Below, in pieces: positions 14,329-27,006 of a stretch of DNA of 64,000 nucleotides. The stretch comes from Eledone cirrhosa (Eukaryota), in assembly GCA_964016885.1 (NCBI GenBank), contig OZ024740.1, positions 348,316,001-348,380,000 of the forward strand, written 5' to 3'. Below the pieces are notes generated by a model. The model was not told where the DNA came from. It worked only from the letters and a program-made list of their open reading frames with translations, and searched no databases. The position numbers and the translations under genes are program-made. Numbering within the stretch: the stretch's first letter is position 1; every line of letters starts with the position of its first letter.

Positions 14329-16165
14329 TGTATGCAATTATACATCTATGTATGTATGTATGTATGTATGTATGTATGTATGTATGATGAATGTATATTC
14401 ATACACATATTTCACATCACAATCCTCGACGTGAAACCATGTGTTGAAACAGATATCGTTGTAGTTTGAATGTGTCATTCTGCCAATAAAATAAACGTGT
14501 ACTGGTTGCATTTCAATTCTTTATAAATAGATCTGTCGTATCTGTAACCTACTCAATGGCTTCTATGAACAGACAGTGATATATGTATGTTTAAAATAAT
14601 TTGAAGGGAGATAAAATGCCTATGTTCTAGACAAACCGAGGCACTTGAATATGGATTTACATATGTCTGTATTTGTTTCTTGTTTAATTACAGCTTTCCA
14701 TTTACTTGACGATCTTTTGTTGAACTAATAATATTTAAACAAATGTGGGATTTTCACCCTGACGATGTTTATAATATTAATATATTTTGTGGAACTATCG
14801 AATAAAGTATGGCTGCTAGCCAAACATTATGCTAAATCGGTCATTTTGGACAAAAAAGATTTTCTGAAAGAGAATTATTGAACTTGGCAGCTACTTCCTG
14901 TTATTGATAATGTGTACTCAAGCTTATATCTGTTAAAAATTTCAAAACTAGGACTAAAAGAAAGAGCAAATCGCCCAACTATTCCCGAAAATACAATATG
15001 GCTAGTTACTGTTATTGTTGTGTATGTGTTTTTTCTCGTTCTTTTACAATATTATATTGTTCGTTGCTTGTAATATCAAAAGCAATTAACTAGAAAAGAA
15101 AGAAAATTACGTTTTACTACATAACAAAAATAGATCAGCCGGCAAATATAGAGGTATTATTTAAAAGTATTTATTGCCGCTCTACTACCGACGTATTAAC
15201 ATTTTATTTTGATTGGTTGCCGTGTTTTAAATTTAGTTCAGAAGAGAGTCTGAAATACACAGACAGACAAAGAAAAACATGTTGAGAGAGAAGGGGAGAC
15301 ACAGAGAAAGAGAGACTTACTTTTAGAGTCGCACACAGACGTATTTATAAACATAAACAAGAGTTTATGTATGTTTGTATGTAGATATGTATGTATGCAT
15401 GCCTGTATATGTGCACAGTGCCTCTCATAACTATTACCTGATTCAATGACTGTATATTTACGTCTGACCTTTTCAAATGTATAGATACTAATCCATATTA
15501 AAATTACGAAATTATTTACTAGAAGCCCAGACATTAATATTGTTCATTTTCTTATCATCGTTCATCTCCTTTGGCAAAATCGAGTTCTTAGTAAACATAA
15601 AGAATGTCTCATAAAAAAGTGAAACAACCGCAACATCAACAGGATTTTAGAAATGGTTCACTAATATTTCTTGATATAGTTGGCTGCTTGATATAGTTTT
15701 ACTCGAAACCTTAAGAATTCTTTGCTGTTATTTTTCAGTTAATTAAGATGTACAGACAAATTATGGATAAGAAAAGGTATTTATTGGTTTGAGATTCCGA
15801 TGAAATAGGGATGGGTAAATGGCTAGAGCTGGGTATATAAAAGGCATGCAGCATTGATAATGATAGGCCTGAGTAAAGGTGATATTTAAATGGCAATTTT
15901 AAAAGAGTAGAATCAGCTGTTGTAATTATGTATGAAACAGATTTATGAGAGATTCTCTGTGAGCGAGATGTCGTAACAAGCTGGCAAAAGATTATTAGTA
16001 CTGTGAAACGAGAAATCATAAGAAGATGGTCAGGCAAAAAATATATGTATATAAATACGTATGAATGTATTTATATATCTACATATGCCTGTGTATGTGT
16101 GCATGTGTATAATACGTATAACGTACGTATATGTATATACTCTTTTACGTGTTCCAGCTGACTGG

Positions 16166-16245
<80 letters not shown>

Positions 16246-16249
16246 TATA

Positions 16250-17153
16250 TTAAAATACCAGATTAAAGTTTAAGCAAAGAATCGCTGCTTTCACCCTTAA
16301 CGGGATCTTCTGAAACTAAAAAAGTCAATCTGTGAACGCAGAAGTAAATATTTCAAAATACGTTGCAACCAAAGGAAGACAGGAAGACGATACTTTGGTT
16401 CGTGAAACGTTCCCTGGCAAAGAACGGAAAAAACGAAGATAATACGTCATTATTTGCGTTGATAACAATTACACGCAAAACCGTGGTTTTGTCTTTGCGT
16501 GTAATTGTTTTCAGCGCTCCATATATTGACGTATTATCTTCGTTTTATCCGTTCATTGCCGGAGAACGTCTCCATGAACCACCTAATAGAATATTAGTCT
16601 ACGACTTCATTTATACCATAATCGTGGTTTTGTCTTTGTGTGTAATTGTTTTAACCGCACCAAATAATGACTTATTATCTTCGTTTTTTTCCGTTCTTTG
16701 CCAGGGAACGGTTCACGAACCAAAGTATCGTCTTCCTGTCTACCTTCGGTTTCAACGTTTTTTGAAATATTTACTTCTGCGTTCACAGATTGACTTTTTT
16801 AGTTTCAGAAGATCCCGTTAAGGGTGAAAGCAGCGATTCTGTGCTTAAACTTTAATCTGTTATTTTAATAAATATTTTCTCTGCGGCTCTTATATATCTG
16901 ATATATATTTATCCTTATCGAGCCCTCTTTATAATTATTACTATATATATATATTAAAATAACAGATTAATGTTCAAGCAAAGAATTGCTGCTTTTACCC
17001 TTAACAGGATCTTCTGACACTAAAAAATAATGATTCTTTGCTAAAACTTTAATGTTATTTCAAAAAATATTTGCTCTAGGGTTCTTATATATTTGATATA
17101 TATTTATCCTTATCGAGCCCTCTTTGGATTTTAATTTTCACATTTATTATTAT

Positions 17154-17155
<2 letters not shown>
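16250..17155. mobile_element. Non-coding palindromic PLE pseudo-LTR cluster (same family as 56890-59730)
   Basis: 16250-16480 is inverted relative to ~16630-16870. A ~140-bp internal tandem unit starts at 16482 and 16623. Further fragments at 16953-17155. High identity to 56890-57300 and 59320-59730. Flanked by (TA)n. Confidence 0.9.
16801..16851 (+). ncRNA. Hammerhead-fold motif with non-canonical CAGAAGA core
   Basis: Stem I AGTTT/AAACT, CAGAAGA, stem II CCC/GGG, GAAA, stem III AGCA/TGCT. Copies at 16267-16317(-), 56907-56957(-) and 59592-59642(+). Confidence 0.55.
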
Positions 17156-17207
<52 letters not shown>

Positions 17208-17209
17208 GA

Positions 17210-17620
17210 AGTATGGTGGAAATCTGGGTGAATAATGCGCAGGCCGCTGATGGAATGCAACACATATCTGGCCTAGTTTTACTCGCTGTTTCCTAGATTG
17301 TTACCAACCAGGACATCGTTGCACTCTGAGTCTGATTAAAATACAAATCATACACATCCATGTGGTTCCAGTGTCACGTGATGCATGGCGAAGATAAACA
17401 ATGTAATAAACAGATCCTTAGTTTATGCCTGCATAACTGTGATCTGGAAACACTCAGACCTGGATTAAGAAAATGGCAAACTCACGGTCCAGATTTCTTT
17501 GCAGTATGCTTCGTTTGATATGTATGTTCGTCTTGGCGAGCACTTTATCCAGAACACAAACTGGGAGTTGCGAATAGAGCGTCAGGACAATTATCGAGTA
17601 TTTCTAGCAAACTGAGTTTG
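17210..17620 (+). pseudogene. Decayed LINE (RTE-like) C-terminal fragment
   Basis: YTSM-VVPV and GLRKWQTH resemble the RTE post-RT region; GC higher than flanks. Confidence 0.35.
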
Positions 17621-18429
17621 CATCACTTATTATACAGATATCACTATGTATACTTGGTAATGAAAAGAAATTGTCGTCTTCTATAAATGGACAAGAATTC
17701 ATCATTAAAGCCATCCAGGCAAATATAGCAGTCTCTACTTGATTTCATAGTAACAAAAGGGTTTCGCTGTAGCCTTGGTATTGCCTGGGCAATTAGTGCG
17801 CTGTTGGCTAGTGAAAACAAATAGAGACGAATATTTGCGTATTATGTGGAAATTATATACGTTTAAATGTACAGCTAAACACTTTCATTCTCCACTAATT
17901 AAATATAATTCTGAAAAGAATATTACATCTTGAGTTGCAAATATATATAGACGATCATCTGTAAGTTTGAAACGGCTTCGTGAAATACATGCACGAATAA
18001 ACCCGTATACTATACTGATTTTCTACTACGATTAGCACAATATTTAATAAAACTAATAACTATAATAATACTACTACCAGGAAGATATAGGGAATATCAA
18101 TAATAAGGCTAAGAATTCGAAATATCACATGTTGTGCACATTTTTAGAAATATTTCCAATAATACATTTGAGGCCTTCCCGGATGTGCATTGAAGCTGTT
18201 CCTAATAAAAGAAGCAAGGGAATTTTAAAATCGATATATGATTTTGTTTTCAGATTATGAAGTACCAACTACAGTTTAAATACTGATATTTAATACTATA
18301 TTATAATGCATGATAAATAATACATTCGTAACTTTATTTCTTATCCAAAAAGAAATAAAAACTCTGTTCAAAGCTAGAAAGTTCTCTCATCTTTTGTTTA
18401 TAAGAGAATAAATCTTTTAACATTTTATA

Positions 18430-19350
18430 GCAAGCAATAAAAAAAAAGGTTGACTGAATTAAGTCAGAGAAATGGTTGATATTTAAAGTTTACAAAAACA
18501 TTCTCTGTTCTGAAGTTCTTGAATATATACATCAACTAGTGATCTTCTATATAGAGACCTCGCCTCCCTCAACCATCCCATGGAAAGTATTCTGTCTTAG
18601 AACACAAAAAAAGACGTAACAGAACAAAGAAATGAACTATTTCTCCTTCATTGGAAAGGCATTATAGAATCAACTCTCAACATCTATTATTTGCAGATAT
18701 TCAACCAATAAAAAAAAGCCGAAAAAGAAAACTAAGTATTCTGATCGCATTTACATATCTGTTGATAAGTTTATGTTTTTTTATAAAACAAAGTTAACGC
18801 TACCCATCATAAACGGCTATGGAACAATGTAACAAATCATACAGAAAAATCTATTTCCTGCAAAAATCGAAACAATGTCACATAGGAACACAAGTGTTAC
18901 CTTTAAACTGGGAACGTCGCTAAAATATGTAGACAAGTTGTGGCTTGCATTCTCGCTTTTCAATAGGAAATTAAAATCATGAAGAATAAAGCAGAATATA
19001 TTAATGTACTTTGAAAGGAGGTAAGAATGAATAACGTATTAGAGCGTACCTTTAATAGAATGTATAAAATTAGAAATAAATAACTTATATAAGATTACTA
19101 TGCAACATCACCTTATTTCGATAAAGATTCACAGTTTCTCTGGAGATGTGATGCATGTACATAGAATGTCGGATATAGTAAGCAAATATATTCATCATTT
19201 ACATAAATTAGTTAAGGCATTAATTCAATGAAATGTAAAATAAGGCACGATATCATTAATTGATTTATGGGAACTAAAAGTAATTTTGCTGAACTAATTA
19301 TTTTTAATGGCATAGAGTTGCTTTACCTGTCTATATCCTCAGAAAAGAGT
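18430..19350 (+). pseudogene. Decayed LINE RT fragment
   Basis: NSQHLLFAD at ~18672-18698 (LLFADD motif) within purine-rich, coding-like sequence. Confidence 0.35.
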
Positions 19351-21174
19351 GATGTTTTATAATGTACTTCCTTATTAGATTTGGCAATATCAAATCATTA
19401 TTTGTATGGTCGGTAATTCCAATGCTTCTATGCACGATAAAGATCTATTAGAACTAAAGTTATATATTTAAGATAGAAATATAATATCTGAGCTTGTGTG
19501 ATAATGGAATTATTATACACAGAGGAGCAGTGATGTCTTTTCAAATAAAAGATTGTATATAAATACAGCTAATTTCTCCGAAATATAGATCAAGTTAAAA
19601 ATAAGACTTATATTTTTTACGATAATTTTCATAGACGGTGAAGACAATATATGATGGGATAGAAATAAATATTAATGGATGTATTTTATGTACAATCATT
19701 CAGTTCATTTAAGTAAAGTACAGATTTTAGACAGTTTTACGACACCCAGCACAGGCAAATATTTAAAACTTTAAAACAGAGTCAAACTCTACTCGTCAAA
19801 TATGATAGAAATATAGATAGATGGCTATATGTGCCTGGTAAATTACAATTATTGTAATTATGATTCGAAGTAAAAAGTCGACTAGATTCTATTTGAACTC
19901 AGAACACACAACTTTATGTATCTACAAGGCGTCCATCTTTTTCTTCAAATTTAACCCGACAATGTTATATTCCTTTAACTAAGAAACAATATCTATTATT
20001 TAAATCCGAAAGTTCAATAAAGGGGATTGAAAGACTGAGTAAGCGATGTATATAGACAGATAGAGGACGAGTCTGAAGACACACTAGTGGAAGCGAAGCA
20101 AATTAATAATAAAAATTATACTAAATGAGATACCAGTCAATTTCAAACAATGAGAGCGAGCAGCTTTTACTTCAATTTCCTTGTGGATAAAGGAAGAGCT
20201 TTTCTCCTATCCACCACGTTGTTTATTGTAATATATATTTTTTTTAAGGAAACGGGCAGAAAGCAAGAATAAATATAAGATTGTTATACATTCATTGACA
20301 GAGAAAATCGATTACTGCCTTATTGATCTGCGCTGAATTGATTAGCAATTCATTTCACTACTTTTTTTTTATTATTAAATAACAGAATCAGAACAATAAC
20401 AAGGGCATTTTATATTGATTACAGAATCATCCCCTCCTGAACACCGTACACCAGTCATAAATAGAATGGAGAATACAAGATTCCAGAGTTTCCTGAAGCT
20501 AGACAATTTATAAAGAACGTATTCACCCACCCCAATCCTAAACCTCATCTAACCAATATTATGAAGGCAGCTACCAAAAGCGGCTGCAGATTTTGTAAAA
20601 AGGATGTATTAATTGAATCGTTATTAGCTAATGATATTAAGGAAAATATTTCAGTTCATGGAAATTCTGTTTTAGGCCCAAGTATATGTACCGGCCTTCA
20701 ACAATAAAACAAAAACAAAATTATTAACATTGTGTAACAAAAAAATAAAAACGAACAAAGCAATTACTTCTCTACTACAATAAGATATACCTTTCCTATA
20801 AAATTCTAAGTAACGAATTCGAGTAATTATGAAAAAATATCTGTTATAGAGAATTGCTGGCGAGACAATATGCAAAACTTGAGATATCCGAGAAACTCTT
20901 TGAAAAGAATCTTAGTGCCAGAATATCACTAACATTTTTGAAGTTCTCAGAAAATAGAAAATGTGAAATAAAAGAGAAATGATATTTCTTGATGCTTGAT
21001 AATTTACGTCTCATTGATTGAGAAAACAGTGATAGCAATGAAGGATATTACTTTTTCTTTTTGGTGTAAAATGTATCAAACAAATGTTTATTCTAACAGT
21101 CGTTTCAAGTATCAATATATATATATATATATATATATTAATATATATATAAATATATTAATATATATATATAA

Positions 21175-21207
<33 letters not shown>

Positions 21208-21859
21208 GCTGTATGTATATGTACCATGAAAGATATGACTTAGTGGAAGAAACCCCAAATAAGCAATATTTCATACACGCCATTAATGTTGAAAGAAATC
21301 TATTTCTTTACGTAGAGAGTCATATCCCGAATATGAAGTTTCCCAATAGGGATCAAAATCATATGAGGGTACTGTATCTATCAATCCATTATTTCCAATA
21401 TTTCTTAAAGAATATGGGAAACGTGATACATTGATAGATATTGTGCACGTTTCATCTGACAGATCGAATTAAATGTCTGACTATTTTCCAGATGATTAAA
21501 CAAAGGAAAGTGAAGATAGTTGTCTAGTTCAATCCATACAATACTAGCAGGGGTATACGAATTAACGCGTTAACAACCAAAACTTTGGATATGCAAGCTT
21601 CATAAATATACGAATAAAAATTATATATTTGTGTATAGTGAGATTGTAATAAAATACGAATAATCTGAGAGTAAAAAATGGGAGTTTATGTAAATCTATA
21701 AATCTGTAACATGAAAAAGCACAAATGACTTAATATTACAAAAGTAACGTTAAAATGGAAATAATTCTCTCAAAATCATATAAATATTTTAGTGTAAAAC
21801 TTATCTAATGTATTGAGAACCTTTTTCACTGTGGTTAACCCCCTACATAACCCGGAAAC

Positions 21860-21938
<79 letters not shown>

Positions 21939-22759
21939 TATATATATATGTGTGTGTGTGTTTACATGTGTATGTTTGTAAGTGGTTTTGTGTCTGTGTG
22001 CATGTATGTATACCCATTTTTGGCTTAAATTATATCAAAAGTGTTATGCTTACAATAGATGTAGATGCGCTGTAAAATATAAAATTTAATATACTTTTCA
22101 ATAACGTGTGTGAAACCTACAGTTAAATACGAATACCATATACCATTATGTATGAAATCATGAGCGAATATTAAAGTATCATATGCATATTTATTCTGCA
22201 ACACAGCTATTGTTTTCCGTAAAGTTTTATTCGTTTACATTATCGTAATTATCTGTTATTATCTCATTTCTTACAGAATAGGACGATATTGTTACCAAGC
22301 ATGTTATGAGAGGACTATTGGAGAATTTACGTTGTGTAATTGGATAGCAGTGAAAATGGCATGTTAATCATTGAACCATTGTGTTTCCCAATATAAGTGA
22401 TGTAGGAAAATATAATTATAAACTATCTACTGGATGACACGTATTCATTTCGTTTTATTGAATGAGATAATAGATTTTAAGTGGGATAAAAAGATCAAGA
22501 GCATAGAATTACTTTATTAATATTCTTTCAAAATTTTATCATTCAACGTATCGAACTTTGAGGAAGGAAATTTGAAAATGGCTCCCGGATTGTTGTAATG
22601 CTTTTGTTGTTGTTTAGTTTCAAGTCAGTCCCGTTCAAATACGTTTATGACCAAATACATCTCGATTAGAAGCTACCCATTATCAGAGAACATTTCGCCT
22701 TGCTAGGGCTATAATGCACTGCCACTCTTTCTCTTATCTGATCTTTCCACCACATAGGA

Positions 22760-23210
22760 ATAATCAGGAATAATCACAGGGAACATTTTACGTGTCAACC
22801 GAAAGAATAAATCAACCTTCTCACATCAGTAATTGTCGAAATCATGCAATCTGTCGGTTGATAAGGACGCTAACAATACAATTAAAATCACTCAACGAGA
22901 TGTTATCTAGACTTCCTAATCATGTATTGATGCTATCGTCAGTGTAATTAACATCGAAACTTCTTTAGGCCCATGTAGAGTTCCTTGTTTCATTATATTT
23001 AGAAGACTAGCAGATTGCCTCGTAATATTTCTTCGTGTTCTTTTCTGTCTGAGCTGACATCTAACTCTGGTCACCGTCCTGTTTAACAATCAGCTCTAGC
23101 CCTTAAGTGATTTTCTCCGAATTCATTCTGCTGAAAGCATGCAGACCAAGTCTCTTGTTTGAGAATCTCATCCTAGTTTTAATCTCTGAAATGCGTCTGT
23201 CTCTCCATGT
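22760..23210 (-). pseudogene. Decayed LINE RT fragment
   Basis: Minus-strand GETDAF..IKT and NYTDD-like remnants. Confidence 0.35.
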
Positions 23211-24014
23211 CCTCAGTGTTTATAACAAATTTGCAAGTATAAAGAAAATATGTTGTTCAATAATATTTTTAAATTGACTGCATACATTATAGGTGTGTAT
23301 ATTTGTGTTTGTACCAGTGCATGTGCATGAACGCGTGCTGATTCTCTATATCATATAGATTAAAACATTTGATTACTTTATTCTTCTATGTTTTCTTCTT
23401 TTGGAGTTGTATTGGTGTTATCGACGTTGTGTTTTAAAGGAAGGTGTTTATATGCGATTCGTAGTTGAAGACTTAAGTAAAGTAGATGGTGCAACTAAAA
23501 AGTGTAAAAATGTTTCGTATAAGAACTTCACATGACTGATAATTCGATGAATCAAAGTTTATCGTCTTCCTACGGGGTCAAATATTTCGATAATTCAAAA
23601 TGTTTTCTTTCAATAACTGTAAAAGATAAGAAACACCATAAAACTTCTAATTCAATAATTCGATTAATCAAAGTTATCCTTCTTTAGCACAGATCAGTTC
23701 AATATAGTTTTGTAGTTGAAGTTTATTCTTCTCCCAATAGCAGATGTCTCCACATTCATTCGTTGGAAAGAATGAAATTACAAGAAATTACCTGTTCAAA
23801 AAGTTCAAATTTAGAACGGGATATTTCTGTCATAAAATGATGTACTGTAGGGAAACATAGGTCGAAAACGTTCCTGAGTAAATAAAAATCCGACTAGATA
23901 TTTGATTTGGAATTATATAGTAGTAAAGCCTTTTATGGATGGATATATATATATCAAAATTGAGTGAGCCAACCTATGCAGCTTCATATGCAGATGAGAT
24001 TAATCCCCTCATTT

Positions 24015-24073
<59 letters not shown>

Positions 24074-25819
24074 CCTTATTCACCCCTTCGCAGTCTCCTT
24101 GCCGGTGCCTACTTCTATTTTAATGACTCCACGAAACCGTTCTCAGTCTTATTTTTCTAAATTAATAAAAACATTAAAATTGATAACACAACGGAAATGT
24201 ATAGAGAACCTGGATTGATCACTTAAAAGGGATGAATCATAACGCTCAATGTGTTTGAAAAGCGGTAGTATATGTTATATTCTCAATTTCAAAAAGATAG
24301 TATAAAGAAGAAAAAACATCAAACAAAGTAAAATAAGCAAAATAATATGAATACAATGATGATTAAGATCAGGTGGAATCCTAGGAATAGAAGGAGTAGA
24401 CAAGGAGTGAAATTTAATACACTTAAGGACGAAATAATAAAAAGGTGATTGTAGACCTTGTAAACGACATATCTGCGGACTTTGTTCGCAACAGGATGCT
24501 TGTTAATAAATGTTTAGAACGTTACTCTTTGTGAGTATATAAGAATATGGCTACATATAGACACATCAAGATGGTCGTTTACCCAGACAGCTACCCCCTA
24601 TGTTTGACCTTATTCTGCCCATCCCCGTCTCCTCTGTGCCTACTTCTATCTCAGCGACTCTACCTAAACATTCTCAATCTTAGTTTCATTTATGACGGTC
24701 TCACACGTAAGTGTCATGTGATCACATAAAGACACACGTAGATCATCTAATGCTATACATGAACAATTTTGGTACTGCACCACACTCGAATGCTACATTA
24801 TCCTATCAACTCGGGAAGGATGAGTTTCACAGTTGACCTCGGCAAGATTCGATCACAGTTGCTCGCCGAAATCGCAAATATAAATATACACATACACACA
24901 CACATATACATACATACATACATACATACATACATACATACATACATACATACATACATACATACATACATACATACACATATATATATATATGTATGTG
25001 TGTATGTGTGTGAATATGTATTTGTATGTATGCATACATATATGAACGTATGAATGTATATATGTGTGTGCATATATAAAGAGATAATGATAAACGTTAA
25101 TATTTAAAGGAAGAGAAGGTATATGGGAGGGGGTTACAGTAAATGTGTAAGTTCTGTATTACTTGGTTTTTGATATGCTTTCTTATGACATAATGAATTA
25201 GGAAGTGTAGCGACATAAACATTTTTCGAGCTATGGTAACTGAACTGAAACGGGCATATCAGTGACTTGGCATTTATGTTGGCTATATAGTTCGTTCCAT
25301 GAAAAGCACCGCAAAAATTAAGATATAGGGTAATTTGGCTGCTACTTCTAGCAAAACTATAATCGCAGAAGATCTACCTCATCGACTCTTGCAACGTTTT
25401 CTGATTAATAACGCAAAATATTTCCATGGAGCTAACATATATCATTTATAGTTCGACTGTACAGTATATGTAATTCGTTCCAACACATATTTTCTCAGTC
25501 AAAACATGCCAGAGTCATATTTTCGTGTTTCATTAATTGACACACTGACAAAACGTGCTTCAAATAAATTGGATTACAATTCTGAATTCTTGTTAACAAA
25601 TAGATCGAAAATAAGAGATACTTTAATGTAAACCAAAGTATATTTCAACGGATAATTGAATAAAAACAAAAGCAGTAACATTTATACATATTTGAACCAT
25701 ACGCACAGAGATTGATATTGCTCAGAATATCACTGCTTGGCAATATATTAGGGCTATCGTAGAGAATACCAATCAATAAACTAAAGTATATAATAATCTG
25801 TCTCTCACCTCCGGGTATC

Positions 25820-25920
<101 letters not shown>

Positions 25921-26404
25921 ATATATGTGTGTGTGTGAGTAGATATTACCCAATCAATAGAATTATGGATTACGGAATCCTAGCTTATTCTTCATTCTTA
26001 TACCTTTATTTCATCTAGAAATAATTTTCTACAGGACTAGATCTTTTTTATTCGTATGAAATCATCATAAGTGAAATGTTTTTACACTGTGGAAGTCGAT
26101 TCTTTATTAAATGTTATACTCTACCAACATATTGCGTACCTTCTTTGACTGTTTACATCTCTTCTGGAATCTACGTACTATATATATATATATGCTTATT
26201 TAGAGTGATATTTAGATGTGAACGAGTACATAAATACACATGCGCATAAAAGTAAAGATCCACGATAGCTCTCGCTAAATTTAACTGACCATAGACAAAT
26301 AAAAATAGACCACAAAGGCAGGCTGAAATGCACACAAAACTTCAGGAATTGCATATACACTCATATGCAAAAAATTGGAGACACACACAAAAAATGGGAC
26401 ACGC

Positions 26405-26998
26405 ACAAACAAACAGCCCGAGCATTATAATAAATGTACGGTAAACCGATACGTGCATATATATATGTGTGCATGTATGTATATATATACATACTACTGT
26501 ACGTCTGTATACATATATGTATGTACGTATACATACATAATACTTACATTTAAGTAAGTGCCGACCTAAGAGTGAGAAATGAAATTTCGTTTCATTCTAT
26601 TCCATTTATCGTTTTCGGTGCGCTCGGCCGACTAAACTCACTCGATATGCAAATTAGGCTGCTCAGCCATTAATATGCATAAGGAAAGTATATACTTTCA
26701 GACGTTCAACCATCTGGCAGGAAGGTATACGATGCTGACGATAGCTAATAAGCTTGAAACTCGTACATCGTTTCTGTGTCAGTGTTGAACAAAAAGGTGA
26801 CGTGGTTGCCTAAACACTGTACGGCATAATTCGGGCTGTTTGTTTGTTTACAAACAAACCGAGCATTATAATAAATGTTCGCTAAACCGATACGTGCATA
26901 TATATATATGTGTGTGCATGTATGTATATATATACATACTACTGTACGTCTGTATACATATATGTATGTACGTATACATACATACATACTTACATTTA
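26405..26998. repeat. ~150-bp direct repeats flanking a hammerhead-containing segment
   Basis: 26405-26552 is approximately equal to 26851-26998. A short inverted copy of the repeat start lies at 26827-26849. Confidence 0.8.
26729..26771 (+). ncRNA. Minimal type-I hammerhead ribozyme
   Basis: Stem I ACGATG/CATCGT, CTGACGA, stem II AGCT/AGCT, GAAA, stem III AC-TC-GT, GUA cleavage triplet. Confidence 0.8.
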
Positions 26999-27006
26999 TA
27001 TATACA

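Noticed and set aside
14755-14805. CTGACGA hammerhead candidate (also CTGAAGA near 20073)
   Set aside because: No proper GAAA or stem I/III pairing.
16482-16760. CRISPR-like repeat array
   Set aside because: Units are ~140-bp degenerate tandem repeats in a eukaryotic retroelement, with no unique spacers or cas genes.
16363-16821. 152-aa ORF
   Set aside because: Spans a palindromic pLTR junction, starts at a non-ATG codon and has no domain.
26654-26665. Octamer ATGCAAAT as a regulatory site
   Set aside because: A single 8-mer in AT-rich repeat-derived DNA is expected by chance.
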